DNA from: Octopus bimaculoides
Taxonomy: Eukaryota
DNA: 64,000 nucleotides
Assembly (NCBI RefSeq): GCF_001194135.2
Contig: NC_068984.1
Coordinates: 4,227,210-4,291,209 of the forward strand
Direction: 5' to 3'
Part shown: positions 12,078-26,989 of the stretch, piece by piece
How positions within the stretch are numbered: position 1 is the stretch's first letter
Layout of the letters: the number at the start of each line of letters is the position of its first letter
The notes under the pieces: model-generated
Databases searched by the model: none
What the model was told of the DNA's origin: nothing
Seen by the model: the letters and a program-made list of their open reading frames with translations, nothing else
Translations under genes and position numbers: made by a program

Positions 12078-13934
12078 ATCCATGTAAGTATGCTGCTTAC
12101 CTACCTGTGTGTGAGTCAGTCAAAGAAACAAATAAAAGACATGTAAAGGAAGAGGGATTGTTTGGGTGGCTGTGGGAATCAACAGGGAATTTTGCATTTA
12201 GGTTTTATGGTGTTGTATATTTTATTTTATAGGGATTTCAAGGTGTTTTTACTACATCACGACGTGGGTTCCATCCTTGTTATGGCCTTGTCTGGATTTT
12301 CGGTGAACAATGGACCAATGGACAACACACTGTGAATTCTGTATTGTAATAGTTTTGATGAAATAATTTTGAAATGCACGAATGTTACAATATTGAGATT
12401 AAAATTAAATTGGAAGGGAAATTTAAAATTCAGAAAGATTTATGAGGGTGGATGTTAATCAGAAATTATCAGAATTATTTCAACATTTGAAAATTTAAGT
12501 AATTTCTACAAGGTAGAGGGTTTGATGAGGTGTGTAGTGTATTGTGGTAGATTACATGAGGTGTGTATATATATATGTGAGTGTGTGTATGTATACATTC
12601 ATGCATGTATGTATACATATATATGTGTGTGTGTGTATATCATCATCATCATTTAACGTCTGCTTTCCATGCTAGCTTGGGTTGGACGATTTGACTGGGG
12701 ACTGGCAAACCAGATGGCTACACTAGACTCCAATCTGATCTGGCAGAGTTTCCACAGCTGGATGCTCTTCCTAATGCCAACCACTCCGAGAGTGTAGTGG
12801 GTGCTTTTTACATGCCACCAGCAAGAGGGCCTGTCCAGCGGTACTGGCAACGGCCACGCTCAAATGGTGTTTTTTACGTGCCACCTGCACAGGAGTCAGT
12901 CCAATGTTTTGTTCACATGCCACCGGCACAAGTGCCAGTAAGGCGAAGCTGGAAATGATCGCTCTCAAATGGTGCTTTTTACGTGCCACCGGCACGGAAG
13001 CGAATAATAATATAAGTGATATATAAATATATATGCATACATACACATGTATATGTACATCCATATATATGTATATACACATGCATATATGGGCACAAGA
13101 CACAACAGAATGTAAACAACATGAAATATGAAAACAACATGAAATACGAAACCATGGCATACAAACTTTTTTTTGCAAACAATGAAAGAAACAAATGGAA
13201 AACAAGACAAGCAACATAAAAAAGAACGACCCTTCATATATATATTTATATATAGACAAACGGATAAAAGTAATATTGTCTTTGTTATCTTAGTCCTTGC
13301 AGTCCTAGTTCTTCTCATATTTCCCAAATGGTTGGTGTCCTATTAAAGACAGACGTTTGGTCCAAAGACAAAAGCAGTAATATCCAAAGTTAAATCCATT
13401 GACTGTGGATGAGAAGAGTTGCTCATGCACCACCACAGTATATTAAGAAAATTATTGTTAGCAATATTCATTCATGCATATCTGTGTTTGTGCATGTGTG
13501 TAGACATATATTTATGTCTATCTATATATCTATCTCATCATCATCATCATCATTACCATCGCCATCATCATCATCGTCATTTAACATTCGCCTTCCATGC
13601 TGGCATGGGTAGGACTCTTTGACANNNNNNNNNNCGCCTTCCATGCTGGCATGGGTAGGACTCTTTGACAGGAGCCTGCCAGGCAGAAGCCTACACCAGA
13701 CTTCTGTGACTGTTTTTGGCAGGATTTTTACAGCTGGGTGCTCTTCCTAACTCCATCCATTCATATTCACCCGCACACACACACACACACACACACATAC
13801 GCATATATTAATAGTAATAGTATGACAACAAAAGAATGAATGAAACCTCGATATTATGTAAATAGAGGAATTTATCTGTAATATAATATGTGACAATTAT
13901 TCAGTTACCATAACAAAACTCTGAGTTTTTGTTT

Positions 13935-14005
13935 GTCTTAATAACCGATGAGATGCCGGAGCAGATTTCCGCCTCGACATCCGGAACTCGGAGTTTTATT
14001 AAGGC
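13935..14005 (+). ncRNA. Hammerhead-like motif with long stem I and a mutated core
   Basis: gucuuaauaa-CCGAUGA-GAUG..CAUC-c-GGAA-CU cgg AG-U-U-uuauuaaggc. 10-bp stem I; the core deviates at U4 and A13. Confidence 0.45.
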
Positions 14006-14022
14006 AACCGAANNNNNNNNNN

Positions 14023-14067
<45 letters not shown>

Positions 14068-14641
14068 ATACACACACACACATCATCATTATATAACATC
14101 AGTTTTCCATGTTGGTATGGGTTGGACAGTTTGACAAGAGCTGTTAAGTCAGAAGACTACACAAAGCACCATTTGTCTGTTTTGGCCTGGTTTCTATGGC
14201 AGGATGCCTTTTCCTAATGCCAACCACTTTACTGAGTATTCTGGGTACTTGTAACGGGGCACCAGCACCAGGCGGGTCACCAAGTAACTTGCAAGACAAA
14301 ACTGAAGGGAGGAATGGTTTTGAGAGAAATTGGCCTTGTACCAGGTGATGAGAGGTCTGAGTATGAATAGGACAGAAATAGGGGTCTTGCAGTGAAGGGG
14401 TTACATGGCTACCTCAGTTGGAGAGACAGACAGGCAGGGAATGCAAAAATGCTTTTAGTAATTGAAGTAGCTAAGAGAGACACTACAGTTCCATTAGGGG
14501 TCTGGTTAGGGGTCATAATCTAATCCCAAACTCTCTTAGAACCAACATAGAATTTGTCACCTGCTTTGTAATTTAGGGATGTAATGCATTGTTGGGTGAA
14601 GGTGAGAGATTAAGTAGGGAGAAGGAAATAGTTGATAATAT

Positions 14642-15022
14642 AGGCACAGGTATGGCTGTGTGGTAAGGAGTTTGCTTCCCAATCAAATGGTTCCAGGTTC
14701 AATCCCACTGTGTGGCACCTTGGGCAAGTATCTTCTACTATAGCCTCCAGCCAACCAAAGCCTTGTGAGTGAATTTGGTAGATGGAAACTGAAAGAAGCC
14801 TATCATGTGTGTGTGTGTCCCACCACCACATGACAACTGGTGTTGTTGTACTTATATCCCTGTAACTTAGTGGTTCAGCAAAAGAGCCTGATAGAATAAG
14901 TACCGGGCTTAAAAGAAAAGAAAAAAAGACATACTGGGGAGGGGTCAATTCATTCAACTAAACATTCTTCGGAGTGGTGCCCCAGCATGGCTACAGTCTA
15001 ATGACTGAAACAAGTAAAAAAA
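14642..15022 (+). mobile_element. tRNA-derived SINE family 2 (other copies at ~19527-19905 +, 32293-32693 -, 36810-37188 -, 42226-42490 +, 44928-45125 -, 9430-9630 +)
   Basis: ggctgtgtggtaag (A box), ggttcaatccc (B box), internal (TG)n tract and conserved tail ggtgctccagcatggccacagtcaaatgactgaaacaagtaaa. Confidence 0.85.
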
Positions 15023-15541
15023 TAAAGGATAAAGTATTGGTGTTGAAGAGAAGGACAAGGAGTGGGGAGAGGAGAAGATGGAGGAGGCAGTTTAAGTAAT
15101 TCTAATGGTGGTGGTGTGTTAAGGTGCGAGAGAATCGGATGTGATTGTAATGACTGGTATTGCCAATGGCTAGACACCCCCCACTCCAACATATGTGCCA
15201 GTGGTGGCACATACGTGGGGATGGGAGTAGAACGCCAGTAGTGGAACATGTGATGTGGTAGCGATGTAATACCAGAGATGGCACACATGATGAGGTGATG
15301 GTGGTAGTATTGGCGGCAGTGGTGGTGGTGGTGGCTGCGGTATGATGAGGGGCTGGAAACAGTCTTAATGAGGAATAGACAAAAAAAAAATGAGGATTGT
15401 TATAACAATAACAGACTTTAAAACATTTTCATAAATATTTTGTAAATCTAAAAATATTTTTATCTCCATCCTTTTAAAACAAACGAACGAAATGATAAAA
15501 TAACAATAACAATAATAATAACAATAATAATAGTAATAATG

Positions 15542-15584
<43 letters not shown>

Positions 15585-16186
15585 ATCAAAGTTGAAAGCT
15601 ATAAAAATTTGATGTTTATTTTTGTAACCTTTTTATATATATATATGTATTTGTTTGTTATTTTAGTGTTTGCTGCCTTGACTAGACAAACAAACAAACA
15701 AACAAACAGTATAAATGGTAAATAAACACTCCAAATATACAAACAAAAATAGGTTGGACAAAAAAAAAATATTAAAAAAAATAATGAAATAATATAAAAA
15801 CAGATGAAAATAAATAAAATTAATAAACAAAGTAAAAAAAAATACTGTGGAGTTGGGGGAGGAGAGGGGGAAGATGGGTCGGTGGTGGAGGAGGTAAGAG
15901 AGCTTCCTTCTTTGTTTTCATTACTGCCACCACTCCTCGCTCACAGCCCAACCATCACTCCACTGCTACTCCACCACACACACACACACTCACGAGAGAA
16001 CATATATACATATGCATATATGAATTTATGTGTTTATATATATATATGTATATATAGATATATATACATGTCTATATGTGTGTGTCTGTGTATCTGTGTA
16101 TATATTTATATATATCCGTGTTTGTGTGTGTATATAAATTAATATATGTATCTATCTGTCTATATATATGTGTATATATGTATATT

Positions 16187-16234
<48 letters not shown>

Positions 16235-16266
16235 NNNNNNNNNNNNNNNNNNNNNNNNNNNNNNNN

Positions 16267-16298
<32 letters not shown>

Positions 16299-16403
16299 TT
16301 AGATATGTGTGTGTTTATATATATATATCAATAAAAGATATATATACATCAATAATATATATTAATATATATATCTATATATATGTCTACATTAATTTTT
16401 AGC

Positions 16404-16464
<61 letters not shown>

Positions 16465-16621
16465 TATGTGTATTTATACATTGAGAGAGAGAGTGAGAGA
16501 GAAGTGTTAGCAATATTGATTATCTATTTTCTTGCAGAAGACCATTTTTCTGTCACTTGTCTGATAAATAGCCAGCATCATCTACAGCACAGGTCAAAGG
16601 TTGTCTTATTTGTATGGTCCC

Positions 16622-16681
<60 letters not shown>

Positions 16682-16803
16682 GAAGCACAAATATATATAG
16701 ACACACGCACACACACATATATATATGCATATACATAGATACTCATGAACAAATATATACAGATGTATTTTACCTATATATGTGCATACACACACGTGCA
16801 CAC

Positions 16804-16848
<45 letters not shown>

Positions 16849-17067
16849 CTATATCTATATATGCATATAAATGTTTAAATAAAGTTATTATTTTGAAGCT
16901 AGTGTAAGAACACCACCAGAATATTTCCAACTCAATCATGAGAATAGAGTCTAAATTATTAAAGACATCAAATTGACTGGGAGTTGAGTTTCAACTCTCA
17001 CTTCCTTTTCCAACCACACTGAATAAGGGGAAAGGCAAAACCTGAAGTTTCAGTCAATCTGAATTTT

Positions 17068-17107
<40 letters not shown>

Positions 17108-17293
17108 CAGAGTATATAATTTTTTATAAAAATTATAATAAAGGCAAACTACATGGTAGTGCCACATGCTAGATGTAAAATCTGGCACTAACATGTATCT
17201 CGGCCTTAAAAATTTTATATTCTGTATTAATTTATACTGAAAAGGTTTCACATTCTAGCTACCTGATAAAATCCTACATAGATTTTGTTCTTC

Positions 17294-17357
<64 letters not shown>

Positions 17358-17359
17358 TG

Positions 17360-17390
<31 letters not shown>

Positions 17391-18829
17391 ACAGTCCCAG
17401 ATTCAGCCGTAGTATGTGGCACTTTGGGCTAGTGTTGTCTCCTGTAGCTCGAAGCCAACCAAAGTAAATGGATTTTGTTGACAGAAACTGCAAAGAAGTT
17501 CAATGTGTATACATATATCATCATCGTTTAACGTCCACCTTCCACACTTAATAATAATAAAGAGTATGGAGACTTGTACATCCACAAAATTCATTTCATA
17601 GTCATTATATACAGCATATTATAATGACCTACACGTGTTTCTGCTGCGGTGACTAATCACTGCTGCAAATGCAACCCTGCCATATTGTCCTCCACCTCCC
17701 ACAGAACACTAACAAAAATTTACTTCAATCACTTGTTCACTTTGAGGCTGACCAAATGGACAGTCCCGGATGAAGTTGCACCAACAATATTGCAGACAGT
17801 TTATACTGTCCAGTAAAGAGTACATGGAATTACACATCGGAAGAAGTTTCTGAGCAACTAACAACTGATCTTAGTCACAGACATTAGATACTGATTGTTG
17901 TGGTTAGCCATTAACTGAGAGCTAATATGGTATCTGCTCGGATAAGATATCCTTCCAAACTCGCTTTTATATATGTGTATATACATATATAAATGACTCA
18001 AAATTGCACACAAAGAAACAAAAAACAGGAGAAAGAATAACAAACAAGTTGTATTAGTTTAATATCAGGGAAAATGGGAGAGTCTTTGACATGTCGAACC
18101 TAAACTTTTCTACAGAGAGGAATGACGAAAGGAAGCAATGGAGAGAGGGGAAAAAACAAATGAGAGAAAAAAAATGTGTCTTGTCTAGATACACTTACAC
18201 ACAAACACATACGTTTATACATATATACAATACACATGTACACAAGCTGGCAGAATCATTAGCACGCCAGGCGAAATATCTAGCGGTATTTTGTCTGTCT
18301 TTATGTTCTGAGTTCAAATTCCACTGAGGTCGACTTTGCCTTTTATCCTTTTGGGATTGATTAAATAAGTACCAGTTATGCACTGGGATCAATGTAATCA
18401 ACTTAATCCATTTGTCTGTCCTTGTTTATCCCCTCTGTGTGTAGCCCCCTGTAAGCAATAAAGAAATATATATACAATACACACACACAAACACACGCAT
18501 TGAGGATATACTCTTATACACCTTCGATACTATCCTTTCTCATTTTCCCCCATGGGATATCCATGTATCTCATCTTGAGCAAGACCCTTGTTCCTGTCCA
18601 TCTGTCTTAATTTAGCCTTTCTGCCATTGGCACAAAGCCACATCCCCCTACTCTGTAAACTGAGTGGTATTAGAAAAGGCACCCAGCTATAGAAATCTTC
18701 CCAAAATAGACATTGGAGACAAGCATGGCATGTCACCCTATGATCCAAGGTACTTTTGAGTGGGCTGGTTATGTGACACTGGTGTAGGTTACAGCTGTGA
18801 ACTCATCTATTCTAATTCTGTTTGTAACC

Positions 18830-19330
18830 TATTGAGCTATAACTTTCGCCATAACTTTCATGACCTGGTCCAGCAATTAGATACCTCTGGGATTCTTTCT
18901 ATCTAAGGCATCTCCTTTACCCTTGTAACAGCTGACTATAATGCTGCTACCCCAGTCATTGGGGATGACACCTTCCTGAATAACCTGATTAATTTTATGG
19001 GTAACTAGACCTTATCCTACACCACCAAATGTTTTAAGTATCTCAACAGAGATTCCTGATGAACCAAGGGCATCTTCTGTCTTTGTACCTTTGTTTGTAT
19101 CATCATGCTGCTATCACCTAGGATAGCTGGTCCCTCTGCTGGGTTCACATTGGGAAGCCTCCCTTTCTTCCATACATTCTCCACATTGAATAGCCTTTCA
19201 TTGTAGCCCTTCATGGTGACATCTACCCTAGCCTGGAAAGTATCCAGGACCTCGAGGCAGTGATTGGGGGGACTGAGAAGTGTGGCGGGTAGACTTTGTT
19301 GCTGTGGCCTGAGTTGGAACCCGGCCATAA
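18830..19330 (-). mobile_element. RTE-clade LINE fragment (N-terminal part of the RT region)
   Basis: Minus frame NQVIQEGVIPNDWGSSIIVSCYKGKGDALDRKNPRGI*LLDQVMKV, typical of RTE ORF2. Confidence 0.85.
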
Positions 19331-20122
19331 TACATAATGCCTCAAACTAGGTAGGACTTACTTTGTTGCTCCAAATGATATCAAAGATGATGATACCAGT
19401 AATACTGAAGTCAAGACCCAGCATCCCTCTTTGGTGAAGTTTGGTTTTATGAAGATACTCGTAAAGTTAAACCCCTGTAACAAACCTGGTAGAGTAAGGC
19501 ACAGAAAGATGGTAGTTAGGGTGGTGGCTGGAGTGGTAAGAAGCTTGCTTGCCAACCACATGGTTCCAGGTTCAGTCCCACTGCATGGCACCTTAGGCAA
19601 GTGTCTTCTACTATAGCCTCGGGTTGACCAAAGCTTTGTGAGTGGATTTGGTAGACGGAAACTGAAAGAAGCCTGTCATATATATATGTGTGTGTGTGTG
19701 TGTGTGTCTTTGTGTCTGTGTTTGTTGCCCCCATCATTGCTTGACAACCGATGTTGGTGTGTTTACGTCCCATGTAATTTAGCGGTTCAGCAAAAGAAAC
19801 TGATAGAATAAGTACTAGGCTTAGAAACAATAAGTCCTGGGGTCGATTTGTTCAACTAAAGGTGGTGCTCCAGCATGGCCACAGTCAAATGACTGAAACA
19901 AATAAAGGAATATACACGAACTTATTCCATATTTGTATTACCTTTTTAGGTTTTATCACCTTTTATTTGTGTATATTTTATAATGTTGGGTGTTACCATT
20001 GGGTGCCCCTTTGTTCTAATATATATTTATATTCGTTTTACGATAATATGGAAATGTTATAATGTTGTTTTAACCAATTGGAGTGTTTATTCATCATACT
20101 TTTCAATTTATATGTATACGTG

Positions 20123-20161
<39 letters not shown>

Positions 20162-21327
20162 GCCTGAAGTTTGTCTGCTACCATCACTTGACAACTGGTA
20201 TTGGTACGTTTACATCCCTGTAACTTAGCGGTTTGGCAAAAGAAGCAATAAAATAAGTACCTCAATTCATTTGACTAAAATTCTTCATGGCAATGCTCTA
20301 GCATGGCTGCAGTCTAATGACTGAAACAAGTAGAAGATAAAAAATTATTAAACTGGTTCTTGCCGTCGACATCTAACCCCTATTTCACCATTTTGGGTAT
20401 TGTGTTCCTTAGCGTTTAAGTACCTGCTTGAAGGATTGAATATCTGGTTACCTGCCTATGTAGGGCATTTGAAAGCAGGGTACCAAAGGACTGGTACCCC
20501 ACTTTTACTGAGGAGTTACCCCCCTCCTCCCCTGGACTGGACAGTACTCCATCACAGGTCACCTTCTGGTAGGAGGGACTGAACCTGATACTCCACGGTA
20601 TCCACTGCAGTTTGATCTCTGTACCAGGAGGAATGCGTCGGTATATATTTGTGAAATATTCGAAACCATGATAACTATTGAGTGTGTTAGTAAAGAGGAG
20701 GAGGAGGAGGAGGGGGGGAGGAGGAAGAAGAAGAGGAGGAGGGGGAGGAGGAGGTTTGGTGGGGTGTCAGTGTTTGATAGAAGAACAAATGAATGCAGCA
20801 GACATCAGAAGTTGGGAAAACATTAGTCTTTAACTGAAGACTCGAAGACATTCAAAGAAACAAAGAAAAAAAAAATTGCAGCAGCTTCAACAACAATAAC
20901 AACAACAAGATCAAATGAAAGTAAGAATGAAGAATGAAGAAACAAAACAAACCCCACACTGGTGCTCCAGTCTGGCCATGACTATAATGATTTACAGCTT
21001 CTAAATAACTGAAGACAACTTAAGTATGTGTGTGTGTGTGGGGGTGAGAGAGAGAGAGAAAGAGAGTGTGTGTGTGTGTGTGTGTCTGAAGAAAGTTTTG
21101 TCTGACCCATGCAAGCATAGAAAAGTAGACAAAAGTAAAATCAGTGATGATAAGCGTGTGTGTATGTAAGTAAATATGTGCATATGCACACACACACACA
21201 CACACATATACACATATATATGTCTTCATATAGAGATATGCTCACATCCAAACACATGCGTACGTGTGTATGTATGTGCATGTGTATATGAATATATATT
21301 TATATGTATATGTGTACATCTGCACAT

Positions 21328-21368
<41 letters not shown>

Positions 21369-21399
21369 GTATTTATATATATATATATGTATTTATATA

Positions 21400-21780
<381 letters not shown>

Positions 21781-22583
21781 TACCTATTATCAAGTGAAAG
21801 CATTTTATTATTCATGACTTCTCGTTTCTCTCTGTCTCCCATTCATGTCCACTTCTGATGGATTAGTCCAACTCCAAGTTGTATTGATCTTCCACCACTA
21901 ACCTTTGGGCCTATCAATTTTGATTGATTAATTTATATTTCTGTCATTGTTTCTCAGTCTTCCGATATATCACATCAAATCTCATTGACAGATGTTAGCC
22001 AACCCTTCTTCGCCCACTTCACCTCACAGGATAGAATTTGCATAAAATATTTATTATTGAGATTTCAGACGTTAAACAGCCATTCGGTTAATTGAAAATA
22101 CAAAATATGATTTCTTCTTCTTCGTAGATCTACCCTGCTCCTGCAATGATTTTGTGTTTTTTAAAGAGGTGTCATGTGTAGCATGCTTCTCATCTCACCC
22201 TCGCCATTATCCACTTAGAGGCCATTATTTCATGTTGCTATGGGGTCGAACAGGTGTGTAACACACCCACACACCCCCTTGCTTTCCTCTTCACCTGGTG
22301 TCTTGAGGGGCTCAAAGATGAGGTCATCACTAATATCTGAAATGGTGTGTCAGGTAATGAAACCTGGTCCCCCATCTGTGAGTGGTTCTACCGAGAAACC
22401 TTTATGGTGTCGCAAGGTGGAATTGGTGACATTAAAAGACAAAACTGAATAGGAATCCACTTGGTTTGTTAATCTCTACAGACCTTCCATCAGCCAAGTC
22501 ATTAGCAAACTGTTCCCTCTCACTTGTTTGTTGATTGAGTCTTGCTTTAGTATTTTTACCATCATTGCTATTGAGACTGCTGC

Positions 22584-22615
<32 letters not shown>

Positions 22616-22760
22616 ACAGTAGTGGTGGTGGTGGTGGTGGTATAGTGGCCTGTTACAAGTTGTGCCTGTGACAACTTAAACATCATAGAAACCTCATCAA
22701 AAAGGAGTTAGCAAATATCTTTTTTTTTAGTAAAATATGAAGATTACACACACGCATGTG

Positions 22761-22817
<57 letters not shown>

Positions 22818-23711
22818 TAACTGCAGGTTGATACAATACGGCAGCTTTCTTTTTGAGCTTGGAGCCTTTTCTCATAAAAACACAATACACTAACTACCGC
22901 AAACTTTTGTACCTCACTACCACCGACACCACCACCACCACCACCACTGCCACCACTAACAACACCAGCCGCTACCATAACCACCACCAACAACCAACAC
23001 CTCCACCATCACCACCTGCTGCAGCATTACAACAACAACAACAACAATGATAATAATAATAGTTATAATAATAATAATAATAGGAGTCCATTATAGAAAT
23101 ACTGGAGCTGTAAATAAAAGCTTTAGATGTTTATTTCTTTTATCTACTGTTTGATAAATGATAAAAGATAAGAGACATTCTCTCCACAGGTCTAGCCATC
23201 ATCATCATCATCATCATCATCATCTGCAGCAGCAATAACAACAATGTTCTCTGCTGAAGTAAATCCATTTAATACTCCATGGGAAGGATTTACAGCAGAC
23301 ATCATGGCCTTTACATTGATCAAACTCATCATCACACCAGCGCAATACTAGTCGTTATTATTGTAGTTGTTAATAATAATAATAATAATAATAATAATGA
23401 TAATAATAATAATGATAATAATAATTGCTATAGTTGTTATTGGTGTGAGTATTATTCTCATATCAGGGAACTGTGTGGCAGTTACCTGTACTCTTTTCAG
23501 ACATTGAGTATCTAGGACTACATCATCTAACTAACGACCCTAGAATATGATGTGAGGGAGATTTGACTGCTATTTCTTATAGGCATATTTGGACAGCTTG
23601 AGGGGTCCCTATAATTGTGATACCCTTGAGAAGCCATCAGCGATTGTAATGGCTAAGGTTTATTGATTGGCTGATAGTCTCACCTATTTTTTATTACAGG
23701 TAGCAAGAATG

Positions 23712-23763
<52 letters not shown>

Positions 23764-25738
23764 GTGTGTGTGTGTGTGTATGCACAGATGCACATACATA
23801 TAGGTAGATTTGTATATGTATAGAGGTGTGAAATTGTGTAGGCAATGGAATTATTGTTATAAAATTAGAACATTTTGAAGGAATTGGAGGGTCTTGAGTT
23901 AATGGAGATAATGGTGATTAGAATTTTTGTTGATTAGTTGTTGACGAATGTGTGTGTTTGTGTGTACATGATATTTTGCTTGTTTCGGTTGAATTATCAA
24001 ATCAACTAAGCAAAACCACCCTGTACACCCGCCTCTCAACAAGCAGGAAATCAAAAGCATATAAATGAAAATATGAAATGACCACCTCCTATGAAACTAT
24101 CTACAAAAACCCCTCAACCATAAAAACATTAGTGGATGACTGGTGTAATTTGACAAACTTTGTTTTCATGTAAACAAGTAAGTCTAATGACATCATGGCC
24201 ATACATACTCCCCACCCCACCCACCATATTTTGAGCCATACTCCCCACCCACCATATTTTGACAATCATGGTGTACACTGTAAAGAATTTCATAAATAAT
24301 TTTTATTAGGAAAAGGCTGACAGTAACTTTGAAGTTTTACCGTGTCCACCATCATCAGACTGGTTTACTCTGGTTGTTTCTGCCTTTATATACTTTTTGG
24401 GTGGTTGTTCATCTGGCAGGTGGAGTATTGTGAATGAGAATTAGGTGTGGAAGGGAGTGGAAGTAGTAATGTATGGAGTGGGGAATAGAGAATGATAGAA
24501 CAAAGTATCTCTTTTTAGGGTGTAAGTTGTGAGAAAGGTATGGTGGGGAGAGTTATTCCAGTTTGGAAGAGTCTTTAATGTTATAAATGTCATCACTATC
24601 ATCATCATCATCCAATCTATACTTTCCATGTAAGCATAGGTCACATGATGATTTGATGCGATCCAATGAGCTAAAGAACTGTGTCAAGCTCCAATATCAG
24701 TTTTAGCATTGTTCTAGGGTCAGAAGCACTTCTTAGCGCCAACCACTTTGCAGTGTCTACTGGATGACATTGCTCATGCCACCAGCAGTGGTGAGATCTC
24801 CAAGTAGCTTACAAGAGAAGGAAAAGCTTCCTGGATTCAGTGGAGTATTTGAGAGAGGTGGGGTAGCCTTAGATCAGGTGTTGGTAGGGTAAAGTATGAT
24901 AGAGGGACAAACACAGGCGTCTTGCTAAAGAGAATGTATATATATGTATGTGTGTATATATATATGTGTGCATGTATATATGTATGTGTATATATATATA
25001 TATGTCTGTATTATATATATATATGTGTGTGTGTATGTATGTATGTATGTATGTATATATATATATATATAAATATATATGTATGCATGCATGTATATAT
25101 ATATGCATGTATATATATACATACATATATGTATGTGTATATATGTGTGTGTGTATTTATGTATGTATATTCACAGTGTTCCTTTAGTATTTAAATGATA
25201 TACACCATTTTTATGTTCTACTTTTAGAATTTTGTTTATATTCTTTTATTCTTTTACTTGTTTCAGTCATTTGACTGTGACCATGCTACAGCACTGCCTT
25301 ATATATATATATATCTAAATATAAATATATATTATATATTATATATATATTGCTATTTTGGTGTGAATCTATATATTGGAAAGACCTTAAGACTCTCCCC
25401 AGACCTCTATCATTAGCTGGTTTTGCCAAAGGGACTTCTGAATTAGACACAATACGCACACACATGTTTACTTGGCTGGCTGTGTGTATACACAGACACA
25501 AGCACGCATCACTTCACATACACATCACCACAAACCTAAATGTAAATAGTCATATATTTATATGTCTTCTTATAAATATTGATAAATATTTTTCTCTCGT
25601 GATATTGTTACTTCGAAGCTGATGTAAATATATTTGGGCAGAAACACGTACGTATAAAATCTAGTCTCTATATTCCTATAAACACTTCTTAGAATAGCTT
25701 TGTCAATAGTTTATATTATGTATTACATTATGCATTCA

Positions 25739-25775
<37 letters not shown>

Positions 25776-26404
25776 CTATATCTATATTCTTTTCTATTTT
25801 ATTCATGTCTGTCTGTCTGTCTATCTATTGATCTAATTATATTTATATTAATGTTTGTTTTTATGTTTTATTAAAAACAATTTTACAATAAATTGGGGGA
25901 TTACTCAATACATTTGGTAGAGTATAAATTTATTGTTCTTTAACAAGAATAATATTGACAATGACTATGTAGTTTCAGCCTCCTAAGTCATCATCCGATG
26001 GCTTAACAGGCTGAAATTTTGAAGTCACTGTCAAAACATCACATAAATAGATAAATATCTGTCTGTCTGTCCATCCATCTGTCGGTTTGTCTATCTAAAC
26101 GTNNNNNNNNNNNNNNNNNNNNNNNNNNNNNNNNNNNNNNNNNNNNNNNNNNNNNNNNNNNNNNNNNNNNNNNNNNNNNNNNNNNNNNNNNNNNNNNNNN
26201 NNNNNNNNNNNNNNNNNNNNNNNNNNNNNNNNNNNNNNNNNNGTCTGTCCATCTCCCCGTCTGTCTGTCTGTCCATCTCCCCGTCTGCCTATCTATCTCT
26301 CTACCTATCTATCTCTCTACCTATCTATCTATCTATCTACCTACCTGTCTGTCTTTCTATCTATCTATCTATCTTTCTACCTACCTACCTATCTATCTAT
26401 CTAC

Positions 26405-26461
<57 letters not shown>

Positions 26462-26942
26462 CATCCATCTATGCATACATATAAATGTTTGTGTTTATAT
26501 GAAGTTATATATAAAAGCAATTTAACATTAAACTCAAGGATCACTCAACACACTTAAGCAGAGTTCATGTTTATTAAACATTTACAAGGAAAATATTGAC
26601 AATGACATTCAAAGTTTCAGCTTTTGCTCACCTTTGTCAGACTATGCGCATGCACATGTACATACATACATACATATTAGGTGCTCTCTTGTATACGAGC
26701 AAAGCCACTGCTAGAAAGAATCATTGAAATGAGTCATTGATGATGCAATGTGAGTCCCTTATATGACTCTTGAGCACTCGGCCCACTCTACAGAGTGGCT
26801 GGTGTTCAGAAGGGCAACCAGCTGTAAAATCCCTGCCAAAACGGACACAGAATCATGGTGCAGGTTCCTACCTGGTCAACTCTTGTTAAACCGTCCAACC
26901 CATGCCAGCATGGAAGGAAGACTTTAAACAATGACGATGATG

Positions 26943-26989
<47 letters not shown>

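Noticed and set aside
13586-13670. Direct repeat cgccttccatgctggcatgggtaggactctttgaca either side of a 10-N gap
   Set aside because: Identical sequence flanking a gap is an unmerged contig overlap, not biology.
17640-17960. Possible GIY-YIG-like peptide (GQSRMKLH...HIGRS)
   Set aside because: The motif match is too weak and interrupted to support.
21800-22430. Coding-like minus-strand text with in-frame stops
   Set aside because: It weakly resembles decayed LINE C-termini. No family could be assigned, so it is not listed as a gene.
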